From NCBI RefSeq assembly GCF_009914755.1, contig NC_060947.1: a stretch of DNA of 64,000 bases. The stretch is one strand, 5' to 3'. The notes below the pieces were generated by a model. The model was not told the origin of the DNA, ran no database searches, and was given only the letters and a program-made list of their open reading frames with translations. Below, piece after piece: positions 36,200 through 49,090 of this stretch (its first letter is position 1; every line of letters begins with the position of its first letter). The position numbers and the translations under genes are program-made. Origin of the DNA: the human T2T-CHM13v2.0 reference genome, Homo sapiens.

Positions 36200-37169
36200 G
36201 AGAGAACATTCTTCCAATGAGGGGAACCAAAAAGAGGGAAGCATGGAAAAAAGCCAATGAGGAATTACGACGCCACCACTGGAGGAAGTGGGTTAGAGTC
36301 AAGATGGCTCACAGGGAGAAGTCCTTGCTTAGCAGGCCTAGAAACCTAGCACCTGTAATTGTGCCTCCCTCTTTCTAGGAAGACAACAAACTGTCTTTCA
36401 GCTTTGTCTACCAGGTACTGGAACCTCTCTGTGGCCAGATTCCTGGGGCCGGGTGAATTGTCAATAGGCAACTGCAGTCACTCAGAATCTTTCTAGAATG
36501 AGTAACTCAAAGACAGGGGTTTGTTTGATCCATTTTGAACTACCGCTGCATGTAGCTCAGTCTTTGGCTCTCATCGGGAGACTTCCAAGTAAACTGAAAA
36601 AAGGCAGGAGCTGCTGGGTCAACTGGCAGATTCATCCAGGTCACAGAAAGATGGGGAATTGTAAGAGAAGAAATGAACACTGAGGCCATTTCTCTTAAGT
36701 GGGGAGGGCTTGGAGTAGAAAGCATGAAAAATGCCCCTCCTGTGCTGGGCTCACTTCTCAGGGCCTAGGACAAAGGCAGGACATGGTGTTCCTGCTTTCA
36801 CAGTGATTGAAAAAAACTGGTGGCAGCACACAGCTTGCTGCCGGGCAGACAGCTTGAGTGTCTTCACTACTACTCTTGGTGGTTCAAGGGCAGGTTTGCC
36901 TCAGCCCTTAGAACACAGTTCCCTGGATTCCTTGGCCCTCCCACATCTCGAGAGCAGCAGTAACTACTTCACTGTGGGCTGTGAGGAGTCTCTTAGTTGG
37001 ACAATGTTAGTATATGCAATTGATTCAGAGCCTAACTTCATTTCTTCCTAACTTCTAACTGGTTTCTTCCAAGTTCCTACACTTGGCCTGGCTTCCTTTT
37101 CCCTGAGTTGGTCATCAAGTACCCAAATGGAATCCATATTCTATAAATTCTTCCTCTCCGATCTCTGGA

Positions 37170-37405
37170 GGCAGTAGAGTAGTGCTTAAGGGTACATGCT
37201 CTGGGGTCACACTGCCAGGGTTCACAGCCCAACTCTTGTTTGCCAGCTATGCACCCTTGTGCAGTTTACTTACCTTTCTGTGCCAGTTTTTCATCTCTAT
37301 AATGAGAATGACAATAGTACTTAACTCATAGATCTGTTGTGAGGATTAAATGAGATTGTAATGAGCCTGGCACCTAGTTAGGGTTCAGTAATATTAGCTA
37401 TTATT
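37170..37405 (+). mobile_element. MIR
   Basis: gtttacttacctttctgtgccagtttttcatctctataatgag...gttgtgaggattaaatgagat. Confidence 0.8.
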
Positions 37406-37554
37406 TGGAATGAAAAGTCTTTCTTTCCCTCTTGCACACCCCTGCTTCTCTAGTTTCAGATACTTGTTCCTCCTCTCCCCAACGAACTTCTCCCATCCTT
37501 CTCCAGACGTTGCAAGCCTTTCAGTGCTAAATGTTCTTAAAAGAAGAGATTTCC

Positions 37555-37844
37555 GGCTGGGCACGTTGGCTCACGTCTTTAATCCCAGCATTTTGGGAGG
37601 CAGAGGCGGGTGGATCATGCGGTCAGGAGATGGAGACCATCCTGGCTAACATGGTGAAACCCCGTCTTTACTAAAAATCCAAAAAAATTAGCCGAGTGTG
37701 GTGGCGGGCGCCTGTAGTCCCAGCTTCTCGTGAGGCTGAGGCAGGAGAATGGCGTGAACCCGGGAGGCGGAGCTTGCAGTGAGCCGATTGCGCCACTGCA
37801 CTCCAGCCTGGGCGACAGATGTCTCAAAAAAAAAAAAAAAAAAA
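37555..37844 (+). mobile_element. AluY (older, partly CpG-decayed)
   Basis: gagaccatcctggctaac...gaatggcgtgaacccgggaggcggagcttgcagtgag; imperfect TSD AAAAGAAGAGATTTCC / AAAAGAATGGGTTTCC. Confidence 0.95.
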
Positions 37845-37899
37845 GAATGGGTTTCCTTTTGATCTTTTCCATCTCTTGTATGTCCCATACCCAGGTAAT

Positions 37900-38240
37900 C
37901 ATTTTTTAATTATTTTTGTATTTTCTGATACATATTTTACATATTTATGGGTCATGTGGGATACTGTGTCATATGCATAAAATGTGTAATGATCAAGCCA
38001 GGATATTTGAGGTGTCCATCACATTGAATATTTATCATTTCTATGTGTTGGGAACAATTCAAATCCTCTCTTCTAGCTACTTTGAAATATGAAATTCATT
38101 GTTGTTAACAACAGTCACTCTACTCTGCTGTCAAATGATAGAACTTACACCTTTTATCTAACTATATGTTTGTACCTGTTAACTTACCTCTCTTTATCCT
38201 CCCTTCTCACCCATACACCCTTCCCACCCTGTAGTATTCA
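37900..38240 (-). mobile_element. L1MA-type 3' end
   Basis: tgtgtaatgatcaagccagg...atttatcatttctatgtgttgggaaca...ttctagctactttgaaatat. Confidence 0.85.
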
Positions 38241-38629
38241 TCATTTCTCCCAGGTAATCACTGATTATCAGAATTGGAAAGGTCTTTTATAAATAATCTA
38301 GTTTAATTTGCTCTTTTTACAGATTGTCAAAAGTTGGATCCAGAAAGATAAAGCAACTTAGTAAAGATCACATTGAACTAGAATCACAACTTAGTCCTAT
38401 AGATATTAGCAATGTCAGACATCAAAGCCTGAACATTTAATTCTAATAAATTCAACATATATCCAGTAAGGATCTACTATTAGTGTGTGTGTGTGTTTGT
38501 ATGTGGTAGTAGGCCATACGCTGAGAGAGATACAAAGATGATTTCAAATCACTTGTCCACTAGAAAAGCTGGCTCTAGGAGGAGGTTATGAGGCATTGTA
38601 TGTCTTGGGGGGTAGCTCTCCATTCCTCT

Positions 38630-38846
38630 TATACATAGATCTATAAATAGAGCTATAGTTATCTTTTTTTAAGTTATCTATATCTATAAATGTATATCTG
38701 TGTAAGTAGAAATACATAAATAGATCTATGTCTATATATGAGCATATATAGATATATCGTTTATGTATATATTTTATATATAGTTTTGCATATGTATTGT
38801 TATATATGTGTGTGAATATGCATATACACATATATGTGTATATATA
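38630..38846. repeat. (TA)/(TATG)-rich low-complexity tract
   Basis: Direct inspection. Confidence 0.8.
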
Positions 38847-38971
38847 ATTGAAATTAGTTTCACTTCAAGAATTTAGTGAGCTGACTCCTTTTAAAATACC
38901 ATCCTTCTGCCCTAGCCTGGAGTACAGTGGGCATATCTATGCTAAATGATGGGGACTGTATATGCACACAA

Positions 38972-39701
38972 ATGTAACTACAGTATAACCGGTCTTGAGG
39001 ACCGGTCCCTTTGGCCCTGAATGTAGCCAACTGGTCCTCATTCTACAAGCAGATGAAAGATAACCCCCCCTATTTTTGGTGGGAGCTAAGTAAAGGATAA
39101 AGGGAGAGCAAAACAAAGTATTGATAGGTCTCTGTGAGACCTGGAAGGCAGAGGAGACCTACTGATTACTCAAGTAAAGTTCAGCCTGGATGAGAGGTCG
39201 ATGTTCCTAGAAACAGAACATACTTTTCTAAGAGCTGGATCGTGACCAGGAATAGATCAGAGTGAACTAAGAGTCCAGAATCAGGGAATCCTTGAGCAAG
39301 ACAAAACTGGACTCTGGGTCTTCACTGTAAAAAATTATGTATAGAGCGTGTTTGTTCCCTGGAAAATCTTCATGTATTGAGAAAGGCTTGGTAGTAGTTG
39401 TTTATGGCTTACTGTGAAGAAATGTCCAGCAGAGTGGAAAATACAATGCTCCTGAGGCTGTGTTCCCAGGAAGGAGGCCCAAGCTGCTGAGGAAAATCGG
39501 TGCCAATTTCCTTACCTTCAACAAATTAGCAACACCCTAAGGCTGTCTTGTCCCACCAAAATCCTTCTTTGGGGTCAGGCGTGACTGAATTCTCTTGCAA
39601 CCTGAAACTGACTCTGAAATCCCTTCCAAAGCAAATACTGAGTAGGAAACCGTGAGATTCTAGATCTGAACCTTTTGGTCACCTTTCAGAGATACTAGTA
39701 C
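38972..39701 (+). mobile_element. Possible ancient solo LTR (LTR78-like)
   Basis: TG...CA-bounded ~730-bp block (tgtaactacag...gagattctagatctgaaccttttggtcacctttcagagatactagtaca). No TSD seen; family from recollection. Confidence 0.4.
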
Positions 39702-39879
39702 AGAAGTGGACCTCAGTATATTTGAATCGGTGAATGAAAGAGGGAAGGAAGGAAAAAAAGAAAGGGAAGGGAAGGAACCATGTATTATGTAAGTCTTGAT
39801 ATGTAAACATTAGTAAACTACCCTTCCTTTCATTTAACATTGGTCATACCAATATGGTTATGTTTCTGTCCTCAGCCTA

Positions 39880-40391
39880 CAGGCCCTTTCAGGAGCACTG
39901 GACACAGATGGCCTGGGACACTCTCCTTTTTAGGCTGTCATGATACCACATTTTCGTGGCTTGCCTCCTGCCTTGTGCTTTCTCTGTCTGCTTTGCTGAC
40001 TCTTTTTCCTTTATTCATCCTCCAAATATTTGAGATGCTCTCAGGCTCAACCCTAAATCTCTTTTTCACTCACTCCTTTCCAAGATAATTTCTTTCAGCC
40101 CAATAACTCTAAATAGCATTAATAAGATGAACACACCCAAATTTATATTTCTAGCCTTCACCTGCCCTTTGAGCTCTAAACTTATGGCATTCTGGCACAG
40201 GGTCTGGAGTTCAAATCCTGATTCCATCACTTACCATGTCAGTTGTTTGACTGTTTTGCCTCAGTTTCCTCTTCTGTAAAGTGAGAGGGTAATAATACCA
40301 GATTTTACAAGGTCATTGTGAAAATTAAGTGATTGAGTATATGTAGAGCATTAGGGACAGTATTTGGTACACAGTAAGCATCAATAAATAG

Positions 40392-40423
<32 letters not shown>

Positions 40424-41280
40424 GGTATCTGACTGGCTAACTTGGCATTGCCTCTTGGAGGTCTCATAGGCATTTCATACTTAACATGGCCAAGACAAAA
40501 CTTGTAACTTCTGCCCTCTAAATTAGTCCTCCCACTTTTTTCCTCAACTTTAGTAAGTGGTGCCACCACGTATCCAGTTGCTCAGGAAGAACCTAAGTGT
40601 CATCCTTTCACCTCACTTCTTACATCCAATCCAATAGCAGGGCCTGTCAAACTCCCAAATATATCCAGAATCTATCCACTTCTCTCTATCTCCACTGCTG
40701 CCATCATTAAGCCAGTATCACCTCTCACCTGGATTCATCCTCCACACAGATGCTATTAATTTATTTAAAGCAGTCATTCAGATCATGTTGCTCCCTTGCT
40801 TAATGGCTTTCTGTGGATTTAGATTGGAATCCAAACCCTCATCATGTAAGGACTTCCAGGATCTGGCCTCTGCCTATTTCTCCAAACTAATCTCCACATT
40901 CACTGGACTTTTTTAGGTTCTTGGTTTGCACTAAGCTAGTTTAAGCCTCAGGGCCTTTGCACTAGCTGTCCCTTCTACCTAGAATGTCCTTCCCCCAGGT
41001 CCTCATATGACTGGCTCCTTTTCATTCAGAATTAAGGTCAATGTCACAATGTCACTTCCTCGGAGAAGCATTTCTTGACTATTTAATCCAAAGTAACTTC
41101 CCCCATCACCGCTCTGTTTTCTTCATAGCACTTATCACTATCTGAAAATATTCATTCAATTGTTGAATACAGTTTGTCTCTCCCTCTCCTCTAAAATACA
41201 AGACCCCTGAGAGCAGTAACCTTGTCTGTTCTGTTTACTATTTCCTCCTCAGTGCCTAACAGCATCACAGGGTTGAGGAA
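39880..41280 (+). mobile_element. L2 fragments with a nested MIR (~40190-40390) and (GAT)n at 40391-40424
   Basis: L2 3' motifs (cctcagggcctttgcactagctgtcccttctacctagaatg; ttcttcatagcacttatcac); MIR core cctcagtttcctcttctgtaaa. Confidence 0.8.
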
Positions 41281-41289
41281 TTTAAAGGA

Positions 41290-41770
41290 TTGTTTTTTAA
41301 AAAAATTTCTGGTAAAATATACATAACAGCTGTACCATTTAACCTTCCCACCAGCAGTATATGTGAGGGTTCCAATTTCTTCACACTCTAGCCAACACTT
41401 GTTATTTTCTGTTTTTGTTTTTGTTTTTGTTTTTTTCATAATAGCCACCTTAATGGGTGCGAAGTGGTACATTGTGTGGTTTTGACTTGCATTTCTCTAA
41501 TGATCAGTGATGTTGAACATCTTTTCATGTGCTCATTGCCCATTTATATATCTTCTTTGGAGAAATATCTATTAAAATCCCTTCCCCGTTTTTTAATTGA
41601 GTTGCTTTTTTTGTTGTTGAGTTGTAAAAGTTCTTTATATATTCTGAATATCAATTCTTTATCAGGCATATGATTTGCAAATATTTTCTCCCATTCCATG
41701 GGCTGCCTTTTCACTGTGAATAGTGTCCTTTGATACACAAAAGTTTTTAATTTTGATGACGTTAGGATTT
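41290..41770 (-). mobile_element. L1MB-type fragment
   Basis: Minus-strand ORF2 peptide KRQPMEWEKIFANHMPDKELIFRIYKELLQLN. Confidence 0.88.
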
Positions 41771-41969
41771 TTTTTAAGGGTTAATAGTTGGAGAAGGGGT
41801 TGGACTCAGCATGAAGTTTGAGGTGAGAAGGCTGATATTCAAAGGAGGACAGTACAGCAACAAGCCTGAAAAGGATGCCATGAACAGGAATCCTTGATAA
41901 TCCAAGGATGGCATAAGGCCTCTGGAAACCCTAGGTAAGAAAGGGCAAAAGATGGGAGAATTATGATAC

Positions 41970-42630
41970 AGAGCATTTGCTGAGACCTCACTAGGTACCA
42001 AGTATTGTGCTAAGCCCAACACATCTGCTATTTCATTTAATTCTCTTAGCAATTCTGTGAGGTATTATTTTAGCCCTAATTTGTAGATGAGGAAACTGAG
42101 GCACAGAGCGATTAAGCAACTTGCCCAGTGTCACAAAGCTATATGTCAGAGTCTAGATTTGAACTAAGGTAGTCTGGCTCCAGATTCTGTGCTGTCATCC
42201 ATTGGCCTGTAATGCTTCTGTACTAGATAAGTAAAGGCGATTTGAGCAGGGTGTGGGGCATATTGTAGTTGTTAAGACTATGATGAAGAGATAAGCTGCA
42301 GGTAGTAGGTTGAAAACATGCCTTGAGGGCATAGAGAAGGTAGTCAAAGGGTAGCCCTTGTTTATATACTTGCTCTGCAAAGGCAGTTTTGTCAGGGCAG
42401 AATAGAGAGGTGATGAAATTCACAGGCTTTGGCAACAGAGAGACCTGGGCTTGAATCCCAACTCTGCCACTTACCAGTAGGACCCTTAGGCAAGTTTTGC
42501 TTCTCTGTGCCTCAGTTTCCTCATCTACAATTGAGGATAAAAACACTTCATAGAGTTGTTTAGATCTTTGATGTAACCTGTGGGGCATGATCCCTTCCTT
42601 GCACCTGATAAAGGCTCAGTAAATATCAGC
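41970..42630. mobile_element. Two MIRs in opposite orientation
   Basis: gtagatgaggaaactgaggcacagag (~42085) and ctctgtgcctcagtttcctcatctac (~42503). Confidence 0.85.
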
Positions 42631-45600
42631 TCTTTTTCCTCAACCAAACAATGATGCAGCCCCTCCTCCAGCTAGAACATCCCCATCTTCCGATTAAAGA
42701 GAAAATTTTCCAGGCCAGGCTGAAGTAGTTGTACTTGAATACCTTAATGGGCCATCAAGGCCCATGAGTGAACATGTAACTGAAAGTGATCCCTCCCAGA
42801 ACAGAGAAAGGTTCTTCCTTCCCTAAGGACACATTCCCACCAGACTCCTTTAAGACCCAGGAAACGCATTTCTGTCTATCTTAGAACAACCATTTTGTCC
42901 CAGCTTCTGGCTACGCAGGGTTAAGAAACTCCTAGCTTCTTGCTAGGCTATATATATATTTGTAAATTATAAAAAGGACATTTACATGCCTGTTTTTAGT
43001 GAAGTTTACTCTCAGGGAACAGGAAGTGAAAATGAGGGCTGTCTGCCTCAATAGCAGACACTGAGCAAACAGAAGAGGGAGGGTCGTATGAAAGACAAAT
43101 TTCTTCAACTTCCCAGTTTTTTTTTTTTTTTGGCTGCCTCTAGATTTATTAATTTCAGAGAAACTGAAGAGGGTCCAGGGAAGAACCATCAAAATGATTA
43201 ATAAAAGGAAGAAGCTACTGAGTGATGCTAGGAGCTTCCAGTGAAGGACAAGAAAAGGGGATGGGGAGGAGGAGGCCCTGAAGGCTGAAAGCAAAGCACC
43301 CACCAGAGACTGCAGAGCTGCGGGGATCTGTGGGAGGAGGGGCAGTTAGCCAGGGCCCAGGTACCTTCATTGAGCACCCCACCATGGGCCCAGCACTGGG
43401 CCAGGCATTCTGGGAGATCAAAAGAGGCCTAAGGCTTGGCCTGTGCCCACAAAGGTAGAGAGACAGGGCTATACCCACAAAAGGACAAAGTACAATCCAA
43501 GCCAAGAAAGTAAGCGCTGTGACAAGGAACTCACTCGCTGCTATGTGCCAAATGACCGGTGCAGTGAGAAGTGTTCAGTATTCCTAGGAGGAAGGGATCT
43601 TCTCAGGTGGTGGGGCTGGAGCCTAAGGGGAGGGACACAATGTGGCTAGGCAGAGAGGGTGGAAAGCAACATAGGTCTGGGAAACGGTAAGACCAAAATA
43701 CAGGAGGTAGGGTATGGGCAAGGAAGAAGGAGGAGCCATACCTGGCTGGGGTGAGCAGTTCTCTGAAGGGAGTAGTGAGAGATGGACACTAGCAGAAGAA
43801 TGTGGATTTTCTGCTGCAGGTATTGGGCAGTCACTGAGGCTCCTGAGCAGGAGAATGTCATGGTACCAGTTGTGCTTTGGCAAGATCAATCTGTCTAGGC
43901 ATGGTGGACTGGAAGTGGAGGTGGGGAGACCAGGCCTAAGACTACAGTCACTAAGAAAACACCTGCAGCTGTAGCCATTGAAAATGTGCCCAAGTGCTGA
44001 CAGGGGCCAGGTCTCAGATGACAAAGCTGGCTGGGGCCCAATGATCTCTCCAAAAGGTGCAGTCTGGACTCCATACTCTGAGACCACAGCCTCAGTTCCC
44101 TCAAGCCCACCCAGCCCGAGGAGCTGGTCATCATTCGCAGCACATCTCAGCAAACTTAGGCCCATACCAAGGACAGATTTCTGGGCAGATGATATCTTTG
44201 TTATAAATAGAGAATTTGACTCCAGGTGGGAAATTCAATTTGTGGAAGCAGTTGAAATCTTCTGAAATCAAGATCTGATTTCCTGAGCAAAGGTCCTTGG
44301 GTCTTAATGAACAAGAGAAAGAGATAAGGAAAAGAAGACACTATAATTAGGCATTCCCCCTAAATGGGAGGCTTCTTGGATAACCAGGGACCTGCCTGCA
44401 GTGCCTTAACGAATGCTTCCCATTTCTGAACCATGGCTTTTGAGGCAAAGAATGACATTAAATATCGATGCAGCACTTAGGAATGGTTGCAAAGTGCTTT
44501 TCTGCTCTTGTTATTCATTAGCCATCCCTATCTCCCACCCGCTCTCCTCTCCCTCTCTTTCCCTCTCACCAACCCTGCCATGAGCCTGGCAAAGTTTATG
44601 CAGGTTGAAAAGATGAGAACTTGCAGACAGAAAGGTTAATCAATTGATTCCAGGTCAAACACAGGAAGTTACTGACAGTCCAGTGGTGAGAATATTCTTG
44701 TCAGGCCTTTCTGGAATTTATTGCTTTAGCCCACCGAGACATATAAAACCACACCTGTTTTTCCTTTCAAAGCTGATTTTTTTTTCTTCCCTGTCTGGTG
44801 AAAGGCAGCCAGAGAAACAGAAGATGGGGTCTAGGAAAGACAGAATGAAGAAAAGAGAAATTGATGACAGACAGAAAAAGAGAACGGGAGAAGCCAGCTG
44901 ATCTCTTCCAGGCCTGGTATTTCTGAGCCCCTTACTCTGCTCAGGTGGAGTAGGCATGGAAAAGAGTGAAGAGCACTTGATCAAAAAATCAGTTGCTTCT
45001 TACCTGTGGGATTTTTGAACAGTCATTTAGTCAATCTAAGCCTCAACTTCCTTATCTATAAAATGGGAATTATAGCTGCCCTACCTCTCAGTGTTATTGT
45101 GAAGATCAAATTAAACTGTAAAACTTGGTGTACCTATAAGGGATTATCTTGGTGAACCAGGAAAGGCCACCATACCCTCAAACTCCTCAGCTTTCTGCCT
45201 CCAAGTCAAACATCCCCACTACCAATCATGCCTTTAGAGAGAGATATTGAGATAGGTTTGGACAAAATGTAAACTGTTCAGAGGTTAACTCATTGGTCCA
45301 TTACCATTCACTAGCACATTAGCAAAAATTCATTTATCAAATTGGTGGCGACCCCCAGGGCCTTTGGATGGATTTTTAACACCCTTTCTTCCTCAGTCTT
45401 TCAAGGGACATTTGTCTCTACATGGTAATTTTTGTTTGTTTGTTTGTTTTTCTCCAAAAGCTCCAGGAGCATCCTTCTTTAAGTCTGCATCCCGGTAAAA
45501 AGCAATAGGCAGGCATTCAATTCTCCTTCATGTTCTTTTTTCCCAGGGGGACCTTAGTGCAGAGAGGTTAAGTTAAGTAAAGTGTCCATGATCACACAGT

Positions 45601-46930
45601 GCCCTACCCAGGATTGAGAGCCTATCAGAGGCACCTAGTCCTCTGCTCTCCAGCCTAGCTACATTTCCTGTCCATCCAGTTTTTCTTCTGCAAATATCCC
45701 CCCATCCTCAGCCCCACCCAGACAGGTGAGGAGGGGGAGGAGGCTGGCTCCTGGCAGCACTGTCCCAAGCACACGCCTGAACTCCCTCATGAGGAATAGC
45801 TGTACTGGTGGCAACCGCAGCAAGCACTTGGCATCTGACAGGCTCTGTCAGCATCAATTTAAATTGGTATTTTGCTTCCTAACTCCAGGAGGGCAAACAT
45901 GCCTAAGATGCCAGCAGGGGGGACAGCAGGAAGGCATTCAAGGAAGCCATGGGCGATTCCCTGGAGTCTGTCAACTCAGTTTCCACTCCAAGGCCTTCCA
46001 GAGCCACAGGCCTTCCCTCTGTGGGGCTCCCTCTGCACAATGGAGGTGGGCAAGGAGAAGGCAGCACCTTGGAAGCTCTCTAGAGAAAGACAAAAAATAA
46101 AAATAAAAAAGAAGCAACAAAAGAAGAGGAAGAAAGAAAAAAGGAAGCTCCAGAACAGGGTCAGAATTGAGGTGGATTGCCCCCACAAAGTCCTCTTAGT
46201 ACTGGACCCCATGCCCTCTGGAGTAGCATTCCTCTTCTCAGGCCTGCTTCAGCTGTGCTTCGTTGCAGATGCAACCTAGACCCAAGGGGCTTGTTAAAAA
46301 AAATAGAGTCCTGGGCTCTAGGGTGGGGCCCAGGAATCAGCCTTTCTACAGCTCCCCAGGTAGAAAGAATTCCCAGATCCCCAGGATTCTGATGCAGCTG
46401 GGTCAAGGCCCATAGGTGGGGAAATGTTGCACTCAAGCTCTCCCACCTCACCCCACGGCATCCCAGGAAAACGTCCCTGGTCAGTATTTCATTCCTTTAC
46501 CGCTCTACCCTCCTGTGAGAGGTGACAGGCAATCTGATAGATTTATTCAGGCGAGTGCATTAATGGGTGCTAATGACTTAATGTGCTGTCCATTCCAGAT
46601 AACATGTGCAATTTACCGGGACCTTCTGGAGATTGGGCTTTAACCCAAAGGAGAATTTCCGGCAAACACAGCTGGAGGGCAGGTGAATTTGAGTAAGGGG
46701 AAGGCTGGTATCACACCAAGTATGTGGCTGCATGCACCTTCTATGATCTAGGGGTGTGGCTGGCTCTGCTGTAATTCCTGTGGGGGGAAATGGAGCCTGA
46801 GAAGAAGACAGGCTCACCCACCATGCCCCCACACCCCAGCACTCCAAACGATTCTAGTCATTCATTCTGCTCACTTCTGTCTTCAATAGAGATAGTGGGC
46901 CAAAAGACAAACAGGTTCTGGGCATTCATT

Positions 46931-47197
46931 CAGCACTTCTCAAATGGGGGTCTCTCTACCTTCTAGGAGGTACATAGAGCCACAAGATCAACACAGTGCA
47001 TCTTTTTCGAGCTTCAATTCATGCAAGGATTTTAGAGACATGCGGTACTTTCATGGTAAATCAAACACAAGTATACTACAGAGTAAAATGTGAAAGTTCT
47101 CGTGTTTTCAAAATAAAATGTGAGCTTCAAAAAAATTTTATGCTTTTGGCCACGATGGCTTTCACTTCCAGATTCTCACTTTATTCTATGTTTAGGG

Positions 47198-47259
<62 letters not shown>

Positions 47260-47287
47260 TGTTCATTTTAAAGGTTGAGAAGTATTG
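46931..47287. mobile_element. Probable hAT-Charlie non-autonomous element containing a (CT)n(GT)n microsatellite (47201-47261)
   Basis: Terminal inverted repeats CAGCACTTCTCAA ... TTGAGAAGTATTG; TSD not preserved. Confidence 0.55.
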
Positions 47288-48574
47288 CCAATTACCATCT
47301 GTGTTTACCTTAGTATAGATTCATTTATCAGATTATCTAAGACTAAGACTAGGGATGGATAAATTTTGATGGGGGGCAGAAATTGCTTTCAGAAAACACC
47401 CAAAGCCTGAGGTGCTGTCCAAGGAAGGGCACTCAGAGAAGATCTAGGAATCAAAGGGCTTATTGAAGGGAGGTGCATCTCTGCATGCTGGAAGGAAATC
47501 TTGTCAACCCAATACTTAAGTAAGTGAAATGGGCAGAAGCAAGGAAGGCTAGGAATCAAAACAGCCAGCTTCCCTGGGCTGTTTTAAAGAGACCTGGGCT
47601 TTATTAATGTAAGTAGTGGCTGCATGACCCCAGTCCCCAGAGAGGAGCCAGGAATTGAGTGACCTCATTCTTGTCACTGGGGCACCATGGTAGTATGAAC
47701 CCCAGTTTTGACCCAAGGATCCCCCTCCCATGACTGGGCACTTTTCCAGCAAGTTTGAGGGTCTGGGAAGGGATGAATTTTGACAGGGAAGCAGGGAGCT
47801 AGCTGAGACACACAAACCTGGCAGGCAGTGAGCCCTGCTCAGCAGCTGCATTTGAGGGGAGAGGGTGCCTGCCAGCCAGCTTCGCGAAGGGGTTGGCTGG
47901 CACTTTGCAGCTCATCAGCCCAGGGTTGTTCCATGCCTGGCCCTTCAGTGTCTTCCAGCCCAAACCAGGTAGGCAGGCTCAGCTAGCACACAAAGGGCCA
48001 CTTAAAAGCCCTCTTAGCATAATTTCCCAGCCTTTTGTCCTTCCTTCTCCTAGTGACAAATCTTTTGAAATGGTCCTTTTCTTCCACATTTTCCACAGGG
48101 ATTCTCTGTCACCCAGCGTTCCTGCTAGCTCCCAGTTTCCCCAGTAGCTCAGTAGCTCAGGAGGCTTCTCTCCCTTTTCCTTCACCCACCATATACCAAA
48201 CACCAGAGCCCTGGTTGGCCCTAGATGCTTTGGGGTGACTGGGTGTCTTGCTGAAAGGCAAGATGGAAATTAAAGGGTTGGAGGTTGCAAAATTATAAAG
48301 TGGGTTCCCTCCTTGACCTTTCTGATGATATCATCCCCTTTCTATCATCCCAGGGCCAGCTTAGCAACCTGCAGAGTCCCCTTGCTGCCTTAGGCAGATG
48401 CAGTTCATACTCCAGCCATTGATGACACCCTGCCCTTCAGGCATTTATCTTTCCTGGGTGCTAATGAGTGGGCGGGCTGCCCCAGCAGAGGCAGGCAGTT
48501 TAGTAATGTGTCTGGGAGAAAGGCTAGTAACCTGTCTCTCTGTGTAATCTCAGCTGAAGTCTTGGAGTCATGGC

Positions 48575-49090
48575 CTTTTTGGAAATACTATCACTCTGCA
48601 GTCAAACAAGCATGGGTTCAAATCCTAGATTAGGTTCTACTAGTTGTGTGACCTTATGGAAATTACTTAGCAGCCTCTGTGAGCCTACCCTCTTGGGTTT
48701 ATTGTGAGAATTAAATTTGATAACGCATGTAAAATGCCATCACAGTGCCTGGCCCATAAAGTGATAAATAAAAGCAATAATAATTATTATTATGAATTAT
48801 CATGTGGTTGGAATCCAGGTTCCACTACTTACTGCTACATGAGTCTTGGCTTCCTCTTCTGTAAAATAAGAATAATGATGTTACCTGGTAAGAGGGCTGT
48901 GGTGATCCTGAAATGAGTTAATACATGTAATGCTCTCAGGGCTGGCTGGAGGTCCTACCAGCAGAGTTGAACTAATTGTACCCCTGAGATGAAGAACTGC
49001 TGTCCTTTTCCTAGGAGTGGTAGCAGCATGCCTAGCTCACAGTTAAGTGTTGGATCAATAAATGGTAGTCAGTATTACTATTATTACTAG
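48575..49090 (+). mobile_element. Tandem MIR fragments
   Basis: gggttcaaatcctag...gtgtgacctt; ttcctcttctgtaaaataagaataat. Confidence 0.75.

Noticed and set aside
45654-45725. Possible 72-nt exon (ctctccag|...cag|gtgagg)
   Set aside because: Splice-like signals only; upstream of the promoter, with no protein similarity or partner exons.
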